Shown here one piece after another: positions 11,801 to 22,451 of a stretch of 64,000 nucleotides of DNA (within the stretch, counting starts at the first letter, position 1; each line of letters begins with the position of its first letter). Source of the stretch: Halocafeteria seosinensis. Its lineage: Eukaryota. The position numbers and the translations under genes are program-made. The stretch spans positions 248,001 to 312,000 of the forward strand of contig LVLI01000194.1 of assembly GCA_001687465.1 (NCBI GenBank), in the 5' to 3' direction. Below the pieces are notes generated by a model that made no database searches, had not been told where the DNA came from, and worked only from the letters and a program-made list of their open reading frames with translations.

Positions 11801-12847
11801 CTTTCCGTAATGCTTCAGTTGATATCAATTTGCCAATTCCACCTTGTGTTTTCTTTGAGAGAGCATTGAGGACAGCTGTTGTGTCGGGTATTTCACTGGA
11901 ATTGCTCAGACACTCGCTCATTCTCAATCCATAGGATATTTCCGAAACGTAGGCGTGAGAACCTTCCGCCGCAAGGAAGAGGCCATATCTCTGCCGAACA
12001 GATCGGCCGAATCGATCGATCGGTCCAATCACGTTATTCTCGGCTAAGTGAGAAGCATGATGCTCCGCTACTTTAGACAAATTTGCATCAAACTCAATCT
12101 CCTGTCTCGCTTGGCTCCTGTACATGGTCAAATGATGACAGCCTGTTTTTGCTACCGTTTTCGAGGAACATACCACAATAGCATAAGGCTTACCGTAGCT
12201 CATTCGCTCTAGCAGAAAGTTGATTCTTTACGGCCGAATACACTGCGATATAAAGCACTAACATACAAACGTTACTTGCGTTACATAGTTGAGGGATGAA
12301 ACTTACTTCGGGCTTTCAACTGCCCCAGGGATCCAGGTCCCTCATCGTCTTCTCCATCGGATCCTTTGTGCTCGCTTCTAGCCGAACTCTCTTGTTGCTG
12401 TGATGCGTCTGCTGATACGGGTTCTTCTTCGTCTTGAGCACTGTGGCGATTCTCGTCTTCTTCCGCTTGCTCTACGTTGGGTCTTTCACCCTCGTCCCCC
12501 TCTGTAGTCTCAGCCCGAGTCGTTTCCGACGGCAGGTTATCCTCTTGCTGTTGCTCGTCTTGGGTGGCTTCTTCACGTTCATGATCTATTTCATCCTCTT
12601 GCTGTTGCTCGCTTTCGTGCTGTTCGGAGGCTCCTTGGTTGGATATCTCCCCTGAACCACATTCCTGTTCATCGCCATCTTGCCCTTCATTACCGTCTGT
12701 TTGTTTCCCTTCTTCTTCTTCAGCACCGTTATCTGCGTGTTGTGCGGTCTCTCCAGACTGTTGCTGCTCGGTGGCCGATTCTACTTCTTGTTGCTCATCC
12801 CCTGCCGTCGCCGCCGTATGAGGTTCCTCCTCCTCCTGTTGCGACAT
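8868..12847 (-). CDS. CCDC96: CCDC96/CFAP184 (DUF4201) coiled-coil protein with a long N-terminal extension (acidic region, CAP-like and MABP-like domains)
   Basis: The C-terminus VRVRHIHLKNQLEKLEKQLKEKEQLADGLALI|DFEQLKIENSTLNEKIEDRNEELHKLRKKTTSTVQVLTHVKEKL is the CCDC96 signature. The junctions checked upstream (about 12307/12241, 12196/12119, 10037/9963) splice in frame. Confidence 0.85.
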
Positions 12848-13425
12848 CGTCGGAGTAAAGAGTATTCAGGTACAAAATATTGCAAATTCGCTTCAGATTT
12901 ACTCTGCCTGTAAGGAAGTAATTGGATAGAGATCTGCAGTCAATACAACTCTACTTGAAGTCTGGCTAAGGACCTTACTTCAGTTTCCTCTCAATTATAA
13001 GCACCCTACTCCGTGTTATTAATTCACCCAATCCAGCTTTCCTATGGAGATATCTCATGCACTCCCCGTCATGGATCGGACGGATGCTGTAACTTAACAG
13101 CTTCCTAAACGACCGTTAAGTCACTTAAACCGACAAACATTCTTGCTACCTGTGTCAGCCGGCTTGAAGCCGGCGGCTTCGAGTCCAATGCGTGCATTGC
13201 GGTTTGCATGTATGTATGCAGAACGTTTAGTTATGCAATGGTAGGGCACTAGAGGTAACAAAGAGCCCTTTGATAGTGGTTGCCCTTATCCTGTTTCGTG
13301 CACATGAGCTTTGAGCAATGATGGCTGTCTGAACGTAGTTTTGTGGGAATTGTCTCTACATGCTAAGTGATCCATTCTCCCTTGTTACTTGATTGCGTAG
13401 TACAGAAAAAGACAAGCAGGGAAGG

Positions 13426-15242
13426 ATGGCCCAAGTGTCTCGTCTGGCAAAATATCTAGTGATTGCTACGTATGGTAAGGAAGCAGCGAGAGCCAGGTTG
13501 TCTCAGTATTGAACGAACCCTTGAAAGTTAAATATATATTGGTGTGATGCAGCGGCGATTATCATTGGAGTCCCCTTTTTCGTCATCGAATTGCTGAAAA
13601 GAGGCACAGAGCGTCACATAATTGCTTGGGCAGTCGCTGGAGTATTCGTCCTACTTACTGTCCCCATCTCTGTGCACACAATTGTGCAGCATCTTATGCA
13701 CTACCACAGGCCAGACATCCAGAGGTACATTGTTAGAATTCTATGGATGGTACCACTTTATGCTGTGGAAAGTTATCTATCCCTAAGGTATAAGCAAAAG
13801 GCCATTTATATTGAAGCTATTCGGGATCTGTATGAGGTATGTCGCTTAGTTTTATGCAACTCTATCTAGCTATACTTCACACTCTGTCGTGCTCCAGGCG
13901 TACGTAATCTATTGTTTCCTATATTTCCTCATAGCTTGGTTTGGAGCCGAATCGCACTTAGCACACAAGCTGCGACAGAAACCTCCTGGTAGAGGCAGGC
14001 ACTTTTGGCCATTTAATTGGTTTTTAAAGCCATGGAGGCTGGGCTCGGAGTTCCTCTTCAAATGTAAACAGGGTACTCTCCAGTATGTTCTGGTTAAAAC
14101 TATAAGTAAGTATCTACAGGCATCGTTTCACAAGGTTTCATATAAGGATGAGTGTGTTTGCATGGATTCGCACAGCTTCTATTGCGACCATTTTGTTGGA
14201 AAAGTACCATGTGTACGGTGAGGGCAAGGTATTCGATTTAACCCGGGGATATTTTTACGTCGCCTTCATCTCGGGCGCCAGCCAGACTTGGGCAATGTAC
14301 TGTTTGGTTATCTTCTACCACGTAACAGTGGAGGAACTTGCACCCATGAGGCCGTTGGCAAAATTTCTGTCAATAAAGGCAGTTGTCTTCTTTTCTTGGT
14401 GGTAAGTCTGTCTTACTTGCGGCATGATGTTTTCCGCCCTACAATCGTCAATTTTTTCTTCTCACAGGCAATCTATAGCATTAGCTGTAATGGTTCAAAT
14501 TGGGCTGATCAACTCGACAATGGAATATAGTGATGAAGACATTTCCAAGGGTTTACAAAACTTTCTAGTCTGCATAGAAATGTTTGTCGCGGCTATTGCT
14601 CACAGATGGGTCTTTGAGTATCAAGATTTCGTTGGTGAAATCGACGATACGGTTCTCACCCGCGAATCAGCTGTTGCTTCTGCGAGTAAATCCGCTTCTA
14701 TAGCTTCTAGTATACCTGCAAAGGAAAAGAGAGTAAAATCTCGACTGAATTTCTGGAAAAAGAATGAATATCAGAGACTGGAAAGTGAAGACAAAGAGCT
14801 GGATGAAGTGAACGATGAAAGGAACCCAGGAGCCCTTCCACGAGAGCTTGAGTACCCTAACGACGAGGAAAGAGAAGTGCCCTCGGGAGTCGCTGTTGAC
14901 GGGCCCAACGTGGGCCCGCAAGAAGATACTATGCGCACGAAGAAACCTTTCTTTAGGGCGTTCATTGAGAGCAGTTTTCCAGGAGATGTCGTCAGCGATA
15001 TTGGGAGACATGTTAGTCGGAGTCACCGAGAAGAAATGCGTAGAGAAGCTGGTTTACAATGGGGACCGGCTTCACACTTTTCTGGCAGAAATGTTAGGAT
15101 TGAGCCGCGTGGTGTGCACGATATATCGGCTGCGGCCGAAGTAACACCGACACCTAGGGAACATGAAAGTAGATCACATACAACTGCCGTCTTCTCAGAC
15201 TACCAGCAGCAGCCTCACGAGACAACCAACTACAATCCCTAA
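13426..15242 (+). CDS. TMEM184: TMEM184 / organic solute transporter alpha family membrane protein
   Basis: Motifs QRYIVRILWMVPLYAVESYLSL, IRDLYE|AYVIYCF, CKQGTLQY, PLAKFLSIKAVVFFSWW|Q and LQNFLVCIEMF; 5 exons. Confidence 0.93.
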
Positions 15243-15311
15243 GGTTTAGTTGTTCATTTGCTTTGGCTTATACATCACCGACGCTCTGGTCAAAACTGGA
15301 AGGAACTAAAG

Positions 15312-17035
15312 TTACGCAGAGTAGTCGCCTGCATTGAATTTGTTTTCATCATAATATTCGGCAGTCACGACTTGGCCTCCGAATGTTCTTCCGTTCAATT
15401 GAGATCTTGCCATTGCAGACTCTTGTTCTGTGGAGTATTCGAGGAAAGCGCTTCCGACACCGGCACCTTCTCGCGGGACAATAACGTTCTTTAAGTTTCC
15501 GAAGCGGGCACATTCTCCACGGATATCTTCGCAAATATCTCTGTACTCTTCATCACTCGCCAAATCGTTCTCGGTAATCATATTGCCTAGTTTCAATACC
15601 CGCGTAGCTCTTTCTGCTGGAGCTGGTTGCGTGGAACTGGCATCACCGAACAATGCTGCAGCTGCAGATGCGCCTTGCGTACCACCACCTGTAGGTTGAG
15701 GGTTGACTCCCGCTGCTGGACCCAAGAGTGCGGCGGCCGCAGCAGCTCCTCGAGAACCTGATCCGGCAGTAGTTCCCATTCCCGCAGTCGGAATTATCTC
15801 TTGCTCTTCTTGGGAAGTGGCGTGTTTCACTTCCATCGGAATCGTCCCTACCGGCAAACCGTTCATATTTTGCACGACGTCGTTGTGCAAAGCTGTGTTC
15901 CTGTACTGCACCAGGGCAGTTCCCTTGGATCTACCAGACATATCTCTACCAATCTTTACACCGGCTATCTCACCGAAGGGTTGAAAAAGTTCTTCGAGTT
16001 CGGCTTCAGTTAGTTCTGCCGGAAGATTAGAAACGTGGATCTTGGGAAGGGTAGCAATGATATCCTGCGAACTGAGGCCGCCCCCAGGAAGACGCAGCTT
16101 GTCACTTAGGGCTTGCAAATTCAGCGGAGCAGCTTTTTCACGAATGTGTTCTGGCAAAGACTCTGGTTTGTAGTCGTTAGGGCGGCGAACACGGACGGAT
16201 GTCCCGTCGAAGTCAATCCCGTCTAGGGACATGCATGCGGTAGTAAGCTCGATAGTAGCGAATTCAACAAACCCGAACCTTCTGTCTTTGTTAATGTACA
16301 CAGACAAAACTGGGGAGCCACCAGCAGGTAACGGTTCCGTTAAAGACTTGTTCACTACATCCTCAAAATATTTTCTCAGTTGTTCTTCTCCAACTCTATC
16401 CGGCAAGTTACCGACATATAGACGTCGTGCATGTCGTGTTTGTTGACTTGGGGCGTTGGGAGCATTTGCACTATTCACAGGGTTTGCCAGGTCGACTCCC
16501 CCAAGATTGTTGCGAGGAGGATAATCTGGAGGACAAGGCATGCCTGGCACCCATCCTTCAGGAGGCACCCATCCATTAGGCGGAACATCAAAGTTTGAGG
16601 ACCGCTTCCGGCGGGTCTTTCCCCCCGAAGATGGGCTTCTGTATGACGAAATCAAAGCATGTTAAGACACAGCCCCAACCATGAAAAGAGATACAGCAAG
16701 ACGTACCCGCTTTTCTCCGACCTCTCTCGCCGTTTTCTGGAATCATCCCTTTTGCGATCACCATTTCTAGATGATCTGTCCCTTTCTCTTGATCGTGAAC
16801 GATCCCGTTGTCTTCCTCTTTCTCGGGGTCTCGTTTCCTCCCGTGGCTCTCGATCTTGTAGGCCTCCAGGGCCAGTCGGCTGTTCCCCATTGCTCGCGCC
16901 ACTTTGTTTCCAAGCCGGAATGGTAGCATCTGCAGAAAATATGATTTAGACCATGCACAATCATTCAACTCAGCAACAACTCCTCAACTACAAACGCCTG
17001 CTTTCTTCTTTCTTACCTACGCCTCTGCCCGCCAT
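15312..17035 (-). CDS. U2AF2: Splicing factor U2AF large subunit (RS domain, RRM1, RRM2, UHM)
   Basis: Micro-exon MAGRGV, RS-rich exon (RDRSRSRERDR), QQTRHARRLYVGNLP, VRVRRPNDYKP, and a UHM containing ICEDIRGECARFG...LNGRTFGGQVV. Confidence 0.95.
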
Positions 17036-17390
17036 TTCGGTGGTAGCTGGCTTCACACAGATTTCGATTCAATAGAGTTTCAAATATGCCTCACACATAA
17101 AAAATCTAGTTCCGGTGCAGAACAATCAAACACAAGCATATCGGCGGCGCTGGGTGTCCCAATAGTCCTAAGGGACCGTACAAAGTTTTCGCCCACTAGA
17201 GCAACCCAACTCTGTTATGCTTCAAGACAGTCTATAGGAATGGTGTAGTCGTTACAGGGCGTGACGAGTCGATGGTGAGACGTCTTTGTATACTGATATT
17301 TTAATTCCCTTGGCCGCTTTGAGCTGTGGACAGTGTTAACGAAACGGGAAGAGACAGAGTAACTCGGTGTCAGCCTCCTCGGCCACCACA

Positions 17391-20331
17391 ATGTCTCAAG
17401 GGAATGGTATACAGGAGCCAAACCAAGGGTTCCAACCACGCCCTGACATCTTGCAAGAAGTGGTTTCGCTTCTGCAAGTTGGATTTCATCCGACTCAGGA
17501 AAACCAGCAGTTTGTGCAGCAAGAGCTCGATAAACACAGTCAGAGCCCCGTATTCCAACTGTATCTGGCGTACTTTCTATGCCACCACGAGGAAGCCATT
17601 CATATCCTGCAGCAACAACATTCAATAAGCCAGGCAGTCACCGAACAGGCGGGGGCTCTTGGGCAAATGGCTGGATTGCTTCTGAAGAGTGTAGTGGATC
17701 GATATGGAGATAAGACAGATGATGAGTCGATGAATAAAGTTAAGCGTTTTGTACTCGGAGCTTTGGAACGGTCCGCAGGGCCCTCCCATCGGTATGTAGC
17801 CAGTGTTGTGAACACGGCGTGCTCCGTTACCGAGTGTTTTCTCAAACAATTTTCCACAGGCGCGTTGCCGCAGTCGTCGCCGCGACTATAGCACGAAGGA
17901 CCTCTCTCCACCTTTGGCAACACCTGCTGGAGCGGATATATCAATCGGTCAAAGGGTTACATGAAAGCACACACGATACCAACGTCTGCAAAGGGTATTT
18001 ATACGTGTTTGAGCAACTATGTGAGGACGTTCGGGATGAACTAGTTGACAAGACCGAACAATTAGGGCGGCCTCTCTCACTCTTAATACCATCTCTGCTT
18101 CAGGCTATTCCTACCATGGAAGATACGGAGATGCAACGCATGAGTCTTACTTCGATATATCACCTCATCGAGGAAATGCCACCCGCCCTGTCTAGCAATT
18201 TGGTGCACTTCTTCCAGACGCTATTTCTCCTGGCAAACTCGGACGATGAGGCTATTCGGAGAGTTGTTTGCGAAAGCCTGGTTCTTTTGGCTGTTTCACA
18301 GCATTCTGATATCATCGTAAATCATTTTGATTCTGTTGCCAAACTGATTTTAAATGCCATGGGAGACCGAGAACCAACAGTTGCTATGGCAGCGACGGAG
18401 TTTTGGTCGGTCTTCATCCACAGTGGCGGAGACTCATCTGAAAAACTGTGTACTCCGTATCTTGAGCAGTAAGTTGAAGACCCCTCAGTATCTTTATACG
18501 TCGACAAACATATTCTGGTTTATCGTACAGGGTACTTCCTACCCTTCTCCGCAATATGCGCTATTCGGAAGAGGAACTAATGGATGCAGCTGTGGATAAC
18601 ACAAGCGACGCACATATCCCGGATAAAATCCAAGACGTTAAACCATGGGTTCGCAAAGACAAAAAGAAGAAGGTACCAAGTGACGAGGAAGATGAAGAAG
18701 CAGAGGGAGGTACCGAGAGTTACACATTGCGCCGCGTCAGCGCTCATACACTTGATACCTTGGCTCTTTATTGTGGTAACACGATAGCATCGCCGTTGTT
18801 ACGCTACTTACCTTCCTACTTAGAGTCGCAAGGAAACAATCATGAAGAATGGATGAAGCGAGATATCGGTGTGCTAGCTTTGGGAGCCGTAGCAGAGGGA
18901 TGCTATGATGACCTTGAAGAACATCTGCCCAACTTGGTACCGTATTTGGTTAAGCTAACGGAAGACACTATTCCCGCTGTTCGGGCAGTAGCTACGTGGT
19001 GTTTAAGTAGGTTTGCACAGTTCATATGTTCCTGTGAAGACCATAAGTATGGGTTAAGTGCAGTTTTCCCGTATGTACTTAAGTGCACCCTCGATGGTGT
19101 GAAGCATGTGCAGTGGTACTCCATGTCCGCTGCGGTGGATTTTATTCGGCATATGGAGGATAAAATTGAATTCTTTGTCGACTCCATCACTGAGTGTTTT
19201 ACCAGGGCAGCCCAGATCTACCAGTTAAAATCCCGAATGCTACTTTTCGACGCTGTCGCTGAACTGGCGGAAAATTCACCTGCTGTCCTCTTTTACCCGC
19301 AGTTCCATTCCAATGTGCTGAAGCCTTTGGTCCAACGATATATTGATCTGCCTCCTGATCAAGAGCTGGAGTTGCTTCCTTTAATGGAGGTCATAGCAAG
19401 TATTGCCATGAATACTAGTGACAGATTCTTGGACTTTGCGAATCCTGTCTATCAGAAAACCAAGTCTCTGCTAGAAAGCCAGGTGACTGCAGTAGTGTCT
19501 CAAAAGGATAAGGGTGAAGAGCCACCAGACTTAGATTTACTAAATACGTCAATTGATCTGGTAGCCGGCATTGCGGAGGGTATCGGGGCGAGCTTTGAAT
19601 CTCTGCTGGGCGAGAACGACAGCCCGCGAATTCTGCAGCTATTACTGTATTGTCTAGACGAAGGTCCTGACACTCGCCAAAGCGTCTACGCCTTGTTTGG
19701 TGATATTTCGCAGAATGCATTTCCTTGCATCAACAATGATGAAACGTTGAACATTATGCTAGGGAAGTTGATTAATAGTTTAAACTCCGATAATTTCTTT
19801 GAGATCAACAACTGTATTTGGGCTACTGGAGAAATCATATGCCGAGCCGACAGCTCCTTCGCTTATAAGTATGGACCGACGATTGTAGAGAAATTGCTCC
19901 CCTGGTTTTCAGAGCTTTCTAGTGCGAATCGTTTACTCCTTGAAAATCTTGGGATCATTATCGGGAGGTTGGCTATGGTTGCTCCAGATATAGTTGGCGG
20001 CTATTTGCCTCAGATTGTAACGCCCTGGTGCCAGACGTTGTCCTTAATTACTGATGAACAGGAAAAGTATTCTGCATTTCAAGGTTTAGTCAAATTAATG
20101 GAGTATCAGCCTCAGCCGTTCTTGCAAAACTTTCACGCTGTTCTTTTCACAATCGCCTCATGGTTTGCAACAATGGGCCAGCAGGAAGATCCTCAAGATC
20201 TTCACTCCTCGTTTGGAAATCTCATTCGACAGTTCCGACAACATTGTGGGGAGCGATGGCCTCATATTGTGTCTCAATGCCAGCCTGAAGTAAGACAGGT
20301 ACTATCGCAATGCTTCCCAGATATATTCTAG
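17391..20331 (+). CDS. TNPO1: Transportin-1 (karyopherin beta-2), 3 exons
   Basis: HEAT repeats, QMAGLLLKS, AATEFWSVF, the acidic H8 loop AHIPDKIQDVKP...DEEDEEAE followed by YTLRRVSAHTLD, NNCIWATGEI and LLENLGIIIGRL. Confidence 0.92.
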
Positions 20332-20844
20332 AAGCAATGAAGCTTCGTTAACGGGAAACAATTTGGTGGCGTTCCAGTCATAACCACGAACAGCGCAAAG
20401 TCCTCAAGACCAGTAACGCTAGCGCTATGAGGGTACTTCAATGTGGCAAGTCCCGAAGACCCATTCATGTGTAGTCGGGGATATTGTAGTAGCGAGTTTA
20501 CTAGTTGGGTACTGACCTTGTCCTATTGCGCACCCTGCACTCATTTATCAGTGAAGTAGACACAAGTTGCGCCAACTGCGTTCGTCCCTCGTCTTTCGTG
20601 ACATTGGATTGGTTTACTGCTACGTTGCAGATGGCTCAGTTTCCAGGACGCAGTAGAAGTTAATGCACCACTCGTGAGTAGTCGTTTTTCCTTTATTTCA
20701 TGTTTACATATGCCATTCTTTATTTCGTACTTCCACGTTCGTCTTCAAGTGTGTTTGTTGAGCGCCACAACTTCAGATATACCTGCTTCAAAATAACCAC
20801 TATTATAATTTGTTGGTCTCGACCAATATTGAGCGCAACTACTA

Positions 20845-21910
20845 CCAGTACGGAGTAGCAGCAAGAGCACCCAATCCTCATCAGTAAATCTCAACCCTTT
20901 ACTCGTGGGAAGAGCTGTGAGGAAGGATGCGCTGCCCTGTTGCCGGGAGGCCGACAAATGGGCACGGTCGTCAACAGACAGACTTCCGTGAATGGCTCGG
21001 AAGACCCGGTCAACAATCTTCCCGGACAACCACCCCTGGGTCTTCGCATGTATGGGCGCCGGTTCGGACAACCACGACAATTTAATATCTGCCCCTTTCC
21101 TACGAGCCTGCCTGACGTCACTTGCCAGAGGGGCCACTGGTAGAACAACTGGAGCTATAGATTTTGCCTCCCAATACGAAGCCACATAAGCGGCTTCCGA
21201 GGAAATTTCGCACTTGGACACTCCAAGCCCCCCATAGCGGACCGGGAGCCACATTCGGTGGCATGCCGCTATGGCCTCCCCATCCCCGTATTGCGAGGAC
21301 TCCAGCAGATCAAGGACAATTTCAAAGATCGCGGAATCAAAGGCCCGAGTGGCTTGGATTCGAGACGAGGGGGGAACGGTGCGCAGGAGATGGTTAAAGG
21401 TGCGTGACACAGAAGAGGATAAGAGGAGGAAGCGAACCTGACGGGAGATTGGGGGCTTTCCCTTGAGAAGCAACAGATTTCTGATCTCATGTACCTTCCG
21501 CAAGCATTCCTCGTCCTCCCATTCAACCGTCCCTACTGGCGAGCCAAGAACGACCACCCCTGAGGTCCTGATACGGATATCCGAAGGAATTCCTTCCAAT
21601 GGAGTGCCAGGAGGGAGCAACAATTCGGTTTTTGACCGGTTAACTTGGAGGCCAACGGGACCGACCCTTCGAACCAGCCCCCTTTTTCGGATGGGAAGCC
21701 AAAAACTCCCTCCACCCATCAGCATCCCCCTCAATGCCTCTCCGCAGGGAGTCCAGGCGGGTCTGGATACTCGGAGGCGGCCTAGAGAAACCAGAGTTAC
21801 AAGGTTCGCTCGCCTCGGCTTCAGCCGGATCGGCCGCATGCTGACCCCTGGGACACGCCTTAACATGCTTAGAAATCCCTGCGGCCGCAAACGGGCGAGA
21901 ACAAAACTGG
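20845..21910 (-). mobile_element. Internally deleted, 5'- and 3'-truncated non-LTR retrotransposon fragment (CRE/SLACS-like clade)
   Basis: RT C-terminal/thumb motifs GLQVNRSKTELL, GVVVLGSPVG, HLLRTVPP, LPVRYGGLGV, AAYVAS and SFLTALP..LRFTDEDW...LRTG. An N-terminal zinc-finger remnant (QFCSRPFAAAGISKHVKAC) lies in another frame at about 21850-21910. There is no YxDD core and no endonuclease, and the segment looks more GC-rich than its flanks. Confidence 0.82.
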
Positions 21911-22438
21911 ATTTTAAGAGGTTTGGCATTTATGCATAGAAACCACAGGTTGCACAGCGACATCAAGAGCGATAACATTCTCGTTGATTTTGATGGGAAC
22001 GTCAAGATTGCTGACTTCGGCTTCGCGGCTGGATTGACGGAAGAGCAAACGAAACGAAACTCCGTCGTGGGCACACCTTACTGGAGGGCCCCCGAACTTA
22101 TACGAGGTCAAGACTACGATTCCAAGGTAGAAGTGTGGAGTCTCGGGATTACTGCACTCGAGATGGCAGATGGTGAACCGCCGTTACTACATCACCCGCC
22201 TCTAAAAGCTTTGCTAAAAATCACTACGGCAGAAAGCCCCACCTTGCAGCAACCGCAGGAGTGGAGCAAAAACTTCCAACACTTTCTGAGTAGATGTCTG
22301 CACAAGGAGCCGGGGAAACGCGCTCTCACCGAACAACTATTAATGCACCCCTTTATAAAGAGTGCCTGTTCACGCGATGACTTTGCCCAGTTTGCCTCGA
22401 CAGTGCTGACGGCTAGGGGTAAAAAGAGAAACAAGTAG
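21911..22438 (+). pseudogene. 5'-truncated PAK/STE20-family kinase remnant (C-lobe only)
   Basis: ILRGLAFMHRNHRLHSDIKSDNILV..KIADFGFAAGLTEEQTKRNSVVGTPYWRAPELIRG..KVEVWSLGITALEMADGEPP. There is no N-lobe and no start or splice acceptor. Substitutions fall at conserved sites (HRD>HSD, YWM>YWR, DVW>EVW). Confidence 0.85.
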
Positions 22439-22451
22439 ATGATCTATGTTA

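Noticed and set aside
20745..21929. 394-aa ORF as an intact gene or active reverse transcriptase
   Set aside because: Its ATG comes from the antisense of the kinase remnant, its first about 80 residues are off-frame, and the YxDD core and endonuclease are missing.
21463..22438. Functional TE-kinase fusion protein
   Set aside because: The element and kinase are on opposite strands, the kinase lacks the ATP-binding N-lobe, and the plus-strand ORF 21463-21939 is an antisense shadow in a different frame.
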